The position numbers and the translations under genes were made by a program. A stretch of DNA of 64,000 nucleotides from Octopus vulgaris (taxonomy: Eukaryota), in the NCBI GenBank assembly GCA_951406725.2, contig OX597827.1, positions 23,932,001 through 23,996,000 on the forward strand. Direction: 5' to 3'. Shown piece after piece: positions 23,537-35,987 of this stretch (position 1 is its first letter; each line of letters opens with the position of its first letter). Under the pieces are notes generated by a model, which saw only the letters and a list, made by a program, of their open reading frames with translations, did not search any database and was not told the DNA's origin.

Positions 23537-24045
23537 CATTATTTACATTTGATGGATATTTGTCCTCATCTTGTTTGTTGTTAACACGTTTCAGCTGATA
23601 AACCCTCTAGCCTTCATCTGGTGTCTTGGGGAAATTTCGAACCTGGATTCTCAATCCTAGGGTATTTTTCGATGTTATTATTATTCTTATTATTACTCAG
23701 GTCACTGCCTGGAATCAAACTCAGAATCTTGGGGTTAGTAGCCTGCACTCTTAACCACTCTTAACCACTATGCCATATGCCCGTGGCGTAGTGGTTAAGA
23801 GCACAAGCTAATAACCCCAAGATTCAGAGTTCGATTCCAGGCAGTGACCTGAATATTAATAATAATAATAATATTGGATAATACCTTAGGAATGAGAACC
23901 CAGGTTTGAAATTTCCCCAAGACACCTGATGAAGGCTGGAGGGTATATCAGCTGAAACATTGCGTTAACAACAAACAAGGTGAGGACAAATATTCATCAA
24001 ATGTAAATAATGTACATAATTCCTCATCTCTTAAATATAGAACTG
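23537..24045. mobile_element. Head-to-head palindromic tRNA-SINE / Penelope-tail element, copy B (opposite orientation)
   Basis: Arms of about 235 bp around 23775-23784; same sequence family and same central junction as copy A. Confidence 0.85.
23921..23966 (+). ncRNA. Minimal type I hammerhead ribozyme motif, decayed copy
   Basis: GACAC-CTGATGA-A-GGCTG(gagggtatat)CAGCT-GAAA-CATT-GCGTT. Confidence 0.6.
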
Positions 24046-24439
24046 TATCTTTCTTTTCATCATCATTGTTCAATGTCTGTTTTCCATGCTGGCATGGGTT
24101 GGACGGCTTGACTGAGGTCTGGAAAGTCAAGAGGCTGCCCCACACTCCAATCTATTTGGCAAAGTATCTACAGCTGGATGCCCTTCCTAACACCAACCAC
24201 TCTTTGCCACAGCATCCATAAAACTTGTTATAATGCTCCAAAACAACTTATTTTTCATTTTTTGCTGTGCATCACAACAATTTACAAGAGATTTCTTCTT
24301 CATCATTGTAGCCTAATCAATTCTTTTGAGGTAAGTTCCTACCTTCTTACAGACTGATAAGGCTTAAGTTTGACTTGATTCTTCTCACTAAGGTCACTAA
24401 AAACCTTACTTCTTAACATCTTTTTTCTGTCTCCCCAGC

Positions 24440-24995
24440 AATGAAACAATGGCAAAGCATTAGAAGCAGAGAGCTGGAAAGAGTAGCAAGACAGCGTGAA
24501 GACAGTGCAGCTTATATGAGAGAAGAGAGAGAGCTTGAGTGTGTTGACTGAGCAGCAGAGAGATGAAAAGAGCAGGTAGAGAGACTATGAGGCTGTGGCA
24601 CTGACAGAGAAGCCAGAATGAAAGTGAGAAAAGAAGCTGACAGGAAAGACCGAGATACAGGACAAGACTGAATAATGATGCTGAAGAGGAAAGAAGAGAG
24701 AATAAGGAAAGAAGATAAAGAGAGGGGACTTTAATTAGGTTACGGAATGAGAGTGAGGAACAAAGGTCAAGAAGACTAGAACAAATGAGAGCTAGACATA
24801 GCACCATGGTACAAACTGAGGAAGAAAGAGAAGGAAGAGACGGGGAGCAGCTGAAAGAATAAAAAATGAAACAAAGAAATAGAAAGGAAATTAGAGGAGT
24901 TAAGACATAGGACCAAAGTAAGATAACGCAAAGGGAACAAGAGAAGGAAACCTTAGAAGAGAGAGAATGGGAGAAAACATGCTCAAGAAAGACTG
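24440..24995 (+). pseudogene. Decayed Glu/Arg-rich repeat coding remnant, resembling a Helitron Rep N-terminal region
   Basis: Purine-rich periodic sequence translating RLRNESEEQRSRRLEQMRARHSTMVQTEEEREGR and QRSQNESEKR, with many stops. Confidence 0.45.
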
Positions 24996-24997
24996 GA

Positions 24998-25049
<52 letters not shown>

Positions 25050-25492
25050 CATAATATAAGGCCTTGCCATCATTATTGATGGAACAGGTGCTTTAGTAAA
25101 TAAATGATTGAGTGATTGGTTGGTTAGAGATCGAACTAATTGATTAACAATAAAGAAGTGGTATTGAACCAATGTATGTGTTTATCATTCTTGGTGTAAT
25201 TACCCTCCCAAGACAACAAAATTTGTTTCAACTCATGATGAATTCAACTCAAGAATCTTGCAGATCAAATACATAAAGTAAAATAAGTTACAATGAAAGA
25301 AGGAATGAAAGGGAACTTGCATAAGATTTTTGTCTTAGGAAAGGAAAATTTAATGACGGAAAGAAAGATGGAAGTTAAGCCTTGATATATGGCTCTAGCT
25401 ACATTGACAGTGTGTGTGTGTGTATGTGAGAAAGAGAGAGTGTGTGTGTGTGTGAGAAAGAGAGAGAGAGTGTGTGTGTGAGAAAGAGAGAG

Positions 25493-25524
<32 letters not shown>

Positions 25525-25934
25525 AAAGAGAAAGTGTATGTGTGTACGTACACACATACACAGAGGAGGTGAAAAGGAGGTAGAAAAGATAAGAAAACCT
25601 ATCTCTGATCCAGAAATTAAATGAAGAGGGAAAGAGAGAGAGACAGATTAATAGTTGCACTTTCCTTGTAGAGTGCAATGAAAACAAACACAAAAACTTC
25701 ATCAAATAAAATGGATGGAACAAGATTTCAAAAGTGTGAGAAGGCATCAAGTAATAATAAAAGAAAAACGGTCAAATAGAGAGTTCGATCGATTCAAAAG
25801 TAGGAGAAATAATTTCAAGTGGGAGCAAAAAGATAAAACGTGAGAGTAAAATCCATAAATCCATAAGATATAAGAGGATCAATGGAGAACCATGCACAGA
25901 GTTATATCTTGGTGTGTGTGCATGGGAGATATAC

Positions 25935-25978
<44 letters not shown>

Positions 25979-26018
25979 ATATATGTATACATATAGATAT
26001 ATACACATACATATATGT

Positions 26019-26061
<43 letters not shown>

Positions 26062-26139
26062 CATATATGTATACATATAGATATATACAAATATATATAT
26101 ATATACACATACATATATGTATACATATAAATATATACA

Positions 26140-26186
<47 letters not shown>

Positions 26187-26213
26187 GCATAAATGTATAC
26201 ATATATACACATA

Positions 26214-29080
26214 CTAACAGAGATACCTGGCGTTGCCCAGGTACATTCAGGTGGTGCTATTAAGTTAGACATGGCCTGGGCCAATAATGGCCGAAACCTA
26301 TCAAAGTATATATATGGATACACACACACATGTGTATATTAATATAAATACATGACATTTGTTAAAGAAAAGGGGATCATGTATATACCTCCTGGCTGTT
26401 GAGATTATAACACCTCGTTGTAAACAATGTTCCTTGTTTTTCCTTGTGGAGCATATACAAAAAGGTTTCTTTTGGTTCCTACTCTTGAGCAGCCAACATA
26501 CAGTTGCCCATGCGAGAAGCAGGGCTCTTCCAAGAGAAGACCAGCTACAGAGAGGGTTTGACCCTGAGATTTGTTAATGGACATGGCAAAGCTGACACGA
26601 AGGGGGAATTGCAGTCTTCTGAATGTAAATGGAATTTCTGCTCCTGATGGAGTAAGAGGAAATCTTGAAATAAAGACGTCATCACCTTTTCCACATCTAG
26701 AAAGAATGATCGCCTCGATAACGTGTGACATCATTTTCTTTATCACCAGTCGTGTTCAACTGCAAAGTCTTGGTGGTTCCAGATTGCGGAGTAGCATTAC
26801 AGGAGTTCCAACTTTAAGTGCTAATATGTGTGGAGGTAGTCCAGGAGGCTCCAGTGAATTGAGAAATTCAGGAGGATAGTTCACAACTTCATTTATATCT
26901 GGAATTGTATCAACAGACTTGTAAGTGTGTATAGTGCCAGGAAGAGAATGCATTAGCTGTTGATTAATTTTGTTAACAGCGACGTTTTTTGGAGCTAATA
27001 TTGCTCTTTCACACAACCAATTGTGATTTTGGTAGTTTTGTGTGAAGTTGGGAAAGACTTTGTTTTTGAGGTCATCTACAGAATTAACAACAGAGGAAAA
27101 TGACCACACTTCCATTTGTCCTGCAGCATCGAGGCATCTTGCCTTCACCAAGTGTCAAAATGTCCTGTGCAAACTTTGCGGACATTTTGTCGCCGTGTAG
27201 CTGAGCTCTCATGTTAGTGGTGAGACTGAGGATTGTAACATGATGCCACAGGGTAGAGGACTTCATCTGCTCTAGTGCCTCTCGGAATGACAGAAAGAGT
27301 TTGCCTGAAATCACCTGACAACAGAAGCGTTACACCTCCCATTGGAGTCTGACAGTCTCGGATGTCTTTCAGGGCTCTATCTAATACTTCCAAAGCTCCC
27401 TTGTGAGCCATAGTGCACTCATCCCAGACAATTAGATGACACATTTTAAGTATTTGTCCCTGATCTGAGCTTTTGTTGATGTTGCATGAAGGCATTTCGG
27501 ATGCTGCTAAATTGAGAGGGAGTTTAAAAGTTGAGTGTGCTGTCCTGCCACCAGGTAACAAAGTAGCTGCAATGCCAGAGGAGGCTACAGCTACTGCAAT
27601 GTCCTGATGCTGCCTAACTTCTGCAAAGAGAAGCTTTGTAATAAATGTTTTTCCTGTCCCTCCGGGAGCATCGAGGAAGAAGATTCGTCCCTCGCGTTGG
27701 CGTACACTGTTAAGAATAGTTCTGTAGTAAATATCTGTTACCGTCATCCATTGTACCGTAGTGAGAAGTAAGTTTTATTTCCCTGTGTTGGGAATGAAAT
27801 GAGAATGAGATGTAAGGGGACAATGTTTTTGAGATTCCGGTTCGAATGTAAGGCAGATTTGAAAGTGTTCTCAACAGTTATTAGTTGTAGTGGTAGAGTG
27901 TTTATGCAGAATATGTACGTATGCATGTATATATATGTATGTATGCCTGTATATGTACAAAATCCACTGAGAAGGCTTTTGTTGGTCTGAGGCTACAGCA
28001 GAAGACACATGCTAAGTCACCACACAGTGGGACTGAATCCAGGACCATGTGTTTGGAACGTAGTTTGTTACCACACAGCCACATCTGCCCCTATGTATGT
28101 GTCTGTGTGTGTGTATGGGTAGATATATTATGCATGTATATATATGTATATATATATGTGTACATATTACATGTACATCTATATATATACATCTACACAT
28201 AAAATACAAAGTTATATCTTGATATATAGTGATAACAATACTCAAAATATATAACAGACTGGAATTGTAGGCCCTTCTCTTGCAATTTGGATCAATTGGA
28301 TCTTGTCCTCCCTCTTGTATAGAAGTGTACGGCTGCAGCGAAATTCACTTTTGGACTTTCTTCTATCGAAGGCATTTTAACAAAAATGCTTCCGTAAAGA
28401 CAGTGAAAATATTGTCAATTTTCCCAAACAGGGACACAATTCAATTTTTAAACAATAACCAAAGCCCGAAAGGGGGAGGGTTACGGTTTACAATTATTTA
28501 ACAAATGCAACACAACAACGTTTCCCTGACGAGGAACCAACAAACGTGATTACAATAGTCAAACAGTAATAATAATAACAACAAACCTTTTTAATTTATC
28601 CCCATTTATGTGAAACCACTTATTCAAGTTCAAGTCATTGATGCAATTTTATACGAATTGCTAATACACACACACACACATAATAAGGGTGAAAAATTGA
28701 ATATTAATTTGATTAATATGAATTGAAAACCAGTGGTGTAGCATATAAGACCATAGCGGGTCTTCTTCTAGCAAAATGGATGACCACTTGTTAATGGTTC
28801 ATCCCTGTTATATAATACTTTCACTTTAATAGTTTCAGTATTAAAATGAAACTGTCTGCATTACAATAAAGAGATGTTTTTGTTTCACTTTTAACACGTA
28901 ATACTGAAATAGTGGAGAAGATATGATATTGCTGTGGGGTCGCCCTAGGCAAAAGAACTCCCTGGACCTTAAGTAAGGCATGTGTAAAATTTGAATGAAA
29001 TTGGTTGTGTAGTTCTCAAGTTTTAGGGAAACACACAGATAGACAGACAGACAGACATTCTCAGTTTTATATATATATAA
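26214..29080 (-). mobile_element. Decayed, internally deleted Helitron with nested SINE and microsatellites
   Basis: 3' end on minus: hairpin TACCTGGGCAACGCCAGGTA (26224-26243) then TTAG (decayed CTAG) followed by T. 5' end near 29080: T(T)TATATATATATAAAACTGAGAATG(TCTG)n, the usual Helitron 5' style. PIF1 helicase remnants lie inside. Confidence 0.82.
26405..27747 (-). pseudogene. Helitron PIF1-family helicase, frameshifted
   Basis: Overlapping frames carry FLDAPGGTGKT (Walker A), GGRTAHSTFKLP, IVWDEC (Walker B), GDFRQTL, RAILAPKN, PVMLLRNL, QFPLRVSFAMSINKSQGQTL and FSHGQLYVGCSRV; several frameshifts. Confidence 0.93.
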
Positions 29081-29410
29081 ATATACATATATGTGTGTGT
29101 ATATATATATATATACATACACATACATATATGTATATATATATATAGATATACATATATGCATACATATATATTTATTAGGGCATCCAGCTGTAGAAAC
29201 ACTGCTAGATCAGACTGGGCCTAGTGCAGCCTCCTGGCTTCCCAGACCCCGGTCGAACTGTCCAATCCATGCTAGCATGGAAAGTGGACGTTAAATGATG
29301 ATGATATATACATATATACATATACACATATATGTATACATATACATACACACATATATATATACATATACACACACATATACATATATATATACACATA
29401 TGTATATACA

Positions 29411-29464
<54 letters not shown>

Positions 29465-29486
29465 CACATATATATATATTATATAT

Positions 29487-29830
29487 ACTCTTTTACTCTT
29501 TTACTTGTTTCAGTCATTTGACTGCGGCCATGCTGGAGCACCACCTTTTAGTACTTATTCTATCGGTCTCTTTTTGCCGAACCGCTAAGTGACGGGGACC
29601 TAAACACACCAGCAATGCTAGGGGGACAAACACAGACACACAAATACATATATATATACATATATACGACAGGCTTCTTTCAGTTTCCGTCTACCAAATC
29701 CACTCACAAGGCATTGGTCGGCCCGGGGCTATAGCAGAAGACACTTGCCCAAGATGCCACGCAGTGGGACTGAACCCGCAACCGTGTGGTTGGTTAGCAA
29801 GCTACTTACCACACAGCCACTCCTGCGCCT
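29487..29830 (-). mobile_element. Well-preserved copy of the dominant tRNA-derived SINE
   Basis: Head GGCTGTGTGGTAAGTAGCTTGC...GGGTTCAGTCCCACTGCGTGGCATCTTGGGCAAGTGTCTT on minus; other copies near 5520, 13380, 20450, 37355, 40120, 54820, 61410 and 62981. Confidence 0.8.
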
Positions 29831-29900
29831 ATATATATATATATACACATATATATTTATTATATATATATATACACATACATGTACACACACATATATG

Positions 29901-30722
29901 CAGGGGTTGGACAAAATAATGGAAACACCAGCATCATAGTATTGAAATATCTATAAAACCATTAAAAGCTTGTTTATTTTTATGTTTTTTGATTTATTAT
30001 TAGTGTTGCTTAATATGTTTTGCGAAAATTGCGGTTTCTTTTCAGATATCATCAAAAAAAGGTAATTAAAATTCATTAAAATGACAGATTGGACTTTTAA
30101 AGAGATCAAACTGTTAGTGCTTGTATGGCAGGCGCTAGCGTAACAAAAACAGCCGAAAAATTTGGTGTATCAAGTACTGTCTTGAGAAAGAGGGAAAAAA
30201 TCTCGTCATCGAAACAAAATTCCAGATGAAAACCAAAACTTTCAGATAGGGACCATCAGACTCTTACGCAAATTGTTAGAAAGGATCACAAAACTGCAGC
30301 TCCCAAAATTACTGCAGAGCTTAATGACCACCTCAAGAACCCAGTTTCCAGAAAAACTGTTCACCAGGAGCTGCACAAAGCCAGATTTCATGGGAGGGCT
30401 ACAATCAGAAAACCACTACTTTCAAACACAAATGTTGTGAAGTGTTTAGAGTGGAGTAAAAACCTACATAATTGGTCCCTAGTGCAGTGAAAGAATGTTA
30501 TTTTCTCAGTTGAGTCATCCTTTACCTTATTTCTGACCACCGGCCGAGAATACATGTGGAGACAGCCAAAAGAAGCATTTGACCCACACTGCATTCTTCC
30601 AACTGTTAAACATGGAGGAGGATCTGTGATGAGCTGGGGGACTATATCTTGGAAATCCACTGGCCCAATGGTTTCCCTTCAATGGCAGAATTAATACTCA
30701 AGACTAAGCATTTTATCTGATC
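29901..30722 (+). mobile_element. Truncated Tc1-like transposon with decayed transposase
   Basis: Left TIR CAGGGGTTGGACAAAATAATGGAAACACC; from about 30081 remnants MAGASVTKTAE, KPKLSDRDHQTL, ITAELNDHL, KNVIFSVESSF, PTVKHGGGSVMSWGTISW; no right TIR. Confidence 0.85.
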
Positions 30723-31428
30723 ATGGGACTTGAACCTTCATCTCCTGTAGACATGATAGATCTTCTACTATTTGACCAAAGCAATCTTTTGAATTTCCTT
30801 TTCCATTTTAGAAACTTTATTCTTCTCAGTGGGAATTTATGTTATTGATGTCTGAAGAACTTAGAAACTGCCAGAGAACATGAGACTGATACCTTTTCAC
30901 ATTGTTGAGTCGGACAAGAGCATGTTGGGCCAAAGTCTTTTGCAGTTTCCAAGCGCATGAGTTTCCAAGTGTAAACAGAACACCCCAGGCTAGTAACAAA
31001 CAGCCCAGACACCTTCTATATGGAAAACTGGAAATAAACAACACTGAATGAGCCCTTTTCTTTATTAAGGACACAGCACCACATATCAAGTCCGTATCAA
31101 GAAGTGTGGGTATGCTTTTGTGGTGGACTGCAAGGAAACACCTCTGTCAGGAAGCATTCGTTTACGAACCAGCGAATTTGACTGAAAATATGAACACTCA
31201 CAAATACACATATACAAACACACATATCATTTAATACACACACAGGTAAGTTATAAATATTTGCTTAGAAACATGTCTTCACAGCTAGAAACTACTAGCA
31301 GCTGTTGCCTTTATACTGTGTACATTAAATGAAATTTATCTCTCACTGGATGGAGTAGATTTTTTTGTTGATCTTTGCTTAACAGAACAGTAAATTGTGT
31401 GTGTGTGTGTATGTGTTGTTTACATATA

Positions 31429-32341
31429 CCGTATATACTTGAGTAATAGTTGATCACATGTAAAAGTCGACCCCACCATTTTTGGCCAAAAAATTGGGTA
31501 TTTTCCGTAGAGCCCATGTACATTACTGCATATACTTTATACGCACTTTTTGACAAGTTGTGGTGCACCTGAGTACTGTATACAATAATTTCGTTATTAT
31601 TATTATTATTTTTTAAAATTAACCCTAGTATTTCACAAACAACAGGACAACATTTGTGGGTGAGGGTACCGTATTATCTTGTACGTAGAAATAACAGTGT
31701 CACAAAGTTCTGTGGCTGCCTTACAGCCATGAAAAAGAAAACGTTTTTGGTGGAGGCTGTTGGTGGTGGGAAGTGATGCTGTGCTTCCACTTCTATCAAT
31801 TTTGGTATTTAAAACATTAAGTTGCATTTAATTAATTAGAAATTAAAATGCACCACTTTTGATGAGTGTGACTTTCACCATGAATATGAAAATAGTGTAA
31901 TGTTACTGAAGAGTTATAACGTGAAACATGCCGACTACATATCAGCTGTATGCACCGTATTATGGTAGGTAGTGGCATGCCAGTACCGGGTAGATATGCT
32001 ACCAGTGGTAATATAACATAATTATGAGATATAAATTGATTCCACTCAGCTAGTCTGTTACATTTGATAGGTGCACGGAAAAGAGAAACTGTAAATTATT
32101 ATAAGAGCTACGCGATCTGGTTTATGGGTTTTGTTATTAACTATGACGGGTGTTTTGTTGCATAGAATTGGTAATATTACTGTAATTCATTTAGTGATCA
32201 GTTGGGCTTCTGTTGCTGATATGGTACTTTGGATTCTAGCTTGAATTTCAGCCCCTCAGAAGTATCCATATAATAGACAACCCCATAAATTTGACCTTAA
32301 AAATGGTCTAAAAAGTTTGACTTTTACACAAGTACATATGG
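31429..32341. mobile_element. Pogo/Tigger-like non-autonomous DNA transposon
   Basis: Ends CCGTATATACTTGAGTAATAGTTGA and TGACTTTTACACAAGTACATATGG are imperfect inverted repeats flanked by TA. Confidence 0.65.
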
Positions 32342-32848
32342 TATGTACAATGAGATTATTTCAGTTTCCAAGTAACAAATGACCCAAGTCAGTTGTAGAA
32401 GACACTTGCCTAGATACCGCACAGTGGGACTGAACCTGAAACCATGCCATTTGCCAGCAAACTTCTTACCACACATCCACACCTTTGTTAGAAATCAGCA
32501 CCCTCAGGTTGTAATAAATATATAACAAAAGAAAGTGATGGCGCACACACACACAAATCTCTCTTTAAGTGAAAATACTGAGCTAATAATACACACATCA
32601 CACACAGACACACACACAAGGTAGATGGATCCTTTTCTATTTATTCAGTGAATGGAACATTAAATCAACATGTAATTAGCGGACACTTGTACCCTTAATG
32701 TAAACGCTCAGGTATATTCAGCCCAACAGTGTGGGTGACAAAGCCCTTTCAATTACAGTGGTAATCCATTTGGTTGGCGTCGGTACAGTTTCCATCTACC
32801 CAATTTTACTTAAAAGGCTTCAGCTGATATGAAGCTATTGTAAAAGAC

Positions 32849-33576
32849 GGATATTTTCCTTTTGAACAGCAGTTTTCAACACAATTTCTAGTTAACTTAG
32901 CACTTTTAAACTTCGTATACTGGTAGAATGTGTCAAAATAAAACATTTTTTCTCTTGGCTTTCTTGAGAAAATTGTAAGTTTAACGTAGTTTAATTTTTC
33001 GAATTTTAACCAATCGATGGCCTCTATTTAGCTAAAATCATGTGACAACATCCTGTCACTGACCCTAACCCTAACCCTAAACCTATATTTTAGCCTTTTA
33101 TTTTTTTTTTCTTAATTGTTAAATTAATTTAATTGTTACACATGTCTCTAGAATTATTTGTTTTTTTTTTGTTTTGAAATTTTGTTTTGAGATACACGTG
33201 TACTGTTTAAACTATTTTCCATTGCTTAAGAAAAAAATATGAAAGGCTAAAACGAAAGCAATGGAAAATAATTTAAACAATTAACAAACAAAATAATTCT
33301 ATAATTTTATACACACACTTTCCGAACGTAAACATAACAGTGACAGGATGTTGTCTCAGTTTTAGATGCAGCAAATGATTTTAGCTAAATAGAGGCCATC
33401 GATTGGTTAAAATTCGAAAAATTAAACTATGTTAAACTTACAAATTACAATTTTCTCAAGAAAGCCAAGAGAAAAAAAATGTTTTATTTTGACACATTCT
33501 ACCAGTATACGAAGTTTAAAAGTGTTTAGTTAACTAGAAATTGTGTTGAAAACTGCCGTTCAAAAGGAAAAGATCC
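32849..33576. mobile_element. Long-TIR MITE (about 200-bp TIRs) with internal (CCCTAA)n
   Basis: GGATATTTTCCTTTTGAACAGCAGTTTTCAACAC... is the reverse complement of ...GTGTTGAAAACTGCCGTTCAAAAGGAAAAGATCC; imperfect 8-9 bp TSD (taaaagac / taaaaagac); interrupts a SINE. Confidence 0.85.
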
Positions 33577-33890
33577 TAAAAAGACTTGCCCCAAGATGCC
33601 ACAGAGTGGAACTGAACCTGAGACCTCATGACTACAAAGCAAACTTCAAAAACTCTTTTGGCATACCTCCCCCACCCCAATTTTGTTTACTACTTTCCTA
33701 TTCAAATTTCCCACTAAAGAGGCCACTTTCAGATGGTATATCAATGAAGAAATGCTTTTATATCATCATTGGTTAATGTCTGTTTTCCATGCTGGCATGG
33801 GTTGGATGGTTTGACTGAGGTCTGGATAGCCAGCAGCTGCACCCGGCTTCAATCTGATCTGGCAGTGTTTCTACAGCTGGATGCCCTTCA

Positions 33891-34135
33891 CAGCATGCAA
33901 GGTGTTTATAAGCCATTTAACAATACACAAAAACCATTAGATTCACTTCAACATTTAATTTATCAAAATATTTTCGTCGCTTTGAAACTGGGACTTTTTT
34001 ATTGACAAAACCTTGTGACAGGTCGTGGTTTCAAAGCGATGAAAATATTTAAACACAACTTAAATTTAAATGTTGATGTGAATCTAATGGGTTTTTTGTA
34101 TGTTTTTAAATGGCTTATAAACACCTTCCACGTTG
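33891..34135. repeat. Inverted repeat with about 100-bp arms, probably Penelope-derived
   Basis: AAGGTGTTTATAAGCCATTTAA...TTTTCGTCGCTTTGAAAC mirrored by GTTTCAAAGCGATGAAAA...TTAAATGGCTTATAAACACCTT. Confidence 0.75.
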
Positions 34136-34963
34136 CAATTGTTTTTGTTTCAGCACACGATCTCAGATCAAGTCACTTGCTATGCAACTACATCTCTGTA
34201 ATATCTATATTATATTAGAGGAAAAATCAAAACCAAGGCAGAACAAGTATCTCAAGTCATTCAGAATGATATAATTAGGGTAAGGTGAATTTGAAGTCTT
34301 ACAACTGTTTCTGCTATAACCCAAGTGGTAGGTTAGCATGTCCATGCTTTGGGTATTCCATCATCAGAGACAAGGTATGAATATTTTAGACAGGGAAAAT
34401 TCACAGTTTACAAGGAATAAGATAGAAGAATAAAGAGCAAAAGTAGCCAGATGTATGAGCTGGGCTCTGCCTTGAAGAATTTTAGCTGCACAGACCAACT
34501 CCAGTCCATATTTTTAAGCCTGGTACTCATTCTATCAGTGTCTTTTGCTGAACTGTTAAGTTACAGGGATGTAAAACACCAACATTGGTTGTCAGTTGGT
34601 GGTAGGGGACAGACACTTGCCCAAGAAGCAATATAATGAGACTGAACCTGGAACCATCTGACTTGGAAGCATGCTTCTTACCACATAGCCATGTCTGCAC
34701 CTATATCTATATATATATATATATACATAACTGAAAGAATTGGAGTCAACAACAGGGGGTATAGTGGGACAAAAAAAAAATAATAAATTTCCAATCACAC
34801 CCCTTCTTGTTGACTCCAATTTTTGCAGTGATATATTCACACATGACAGATGCCAAAATGCAAACCTGGAAGTACATATAATACTACTACTGGATAACAG
34901 GATAAATCTGAAGGTCGACAAGCTTTGTACTATACTCTACTATGCTCTTAACAGAATATAACA

Positions 34964-35019
<56 letters not shown>

Positions 35020-35229
35020 ATCCAAACCTGAACAAAGAGAAAACACAACTACGCGAGGATGTGGAACAAGTATAGTGTTATTGGATGCTCAGGAAAGGAA
35101 AGAAAGAGGATTTAATGTTCCGAGCAGAGCTCTTTGTCAGAAACATAGAAAAAGGAAAGGTCCAAGGAAGGGAAGACAGAGGAAAAAAATCACCAACGAT
35201 ACACACGCGGTCACATATTGTGATATATA

Positions 35230-35275
<46 letters not shown>

Positions 35276-35987
35276 ATAATGAAAATGATTGATAATAGGT
35301 GATTGTAATAGACAGGGTTTTCCATATAATTGTGCTTTCTCAAAGAATGAAATGAAATGCACACACAGGTGTGTGTGAGTACGTTTGTGTGTGCGCACGC
35401 AATACCATGCAATATAGTTGCAAATAACTAGACCATACCAAAAGAATATAAGAAATTTGTACAACATACACACATATTTAGAAAGTTGTGGCCCACGACT
35501 GAAGCGAAATGCTAAAATATAGATGTGGTATGTAACTTTAATAGTTGAAAACTGTCTATAATAGAGGAAACAAGAGGTAAGGTGTGTGTTTTTGTGTATA
35601 TTTTACACAGAAAACTATGCCCACGTACACCTGGACACACAAATTCATCTGTCATTTTGTCACCTGAAAGAATGTGTTGGGGAACTGAAGAAGAATGGGG
35701 AGGGAGATCATAAACTTTAGATTGAACAAACAAATTCTACTCCATGTTTTAGTACTTTTCCATGGTTTGTACACACACACACACACTTTAGTCTAACATA
35801 TGCCAGCATGGAAAACAGATGTATGGTGATGATGATTAAGAAGATTGCTTCACAACCTCATAGCTTTGGGTTCAATCCTACAGCACAGCATTTGAAGCAA
35901 TTGTGTTCTCCTATAACTACAGGTTAACTCCTGCCTCATGAGTGAAATTTGGTAAACAGAAATTGTACAGAAACCCATCATCTACAT

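Noticed and set aside
25772-26329. Long YI/CV/HT-rich ORFs here and throughout the track
   Set aside because: Translations of (TA)n, (CA)n and (GA)n microsatellites.
28525-28550. CTGACGAG hammerhead-like box
   Set aside because: No stem II or downstream GAAA.
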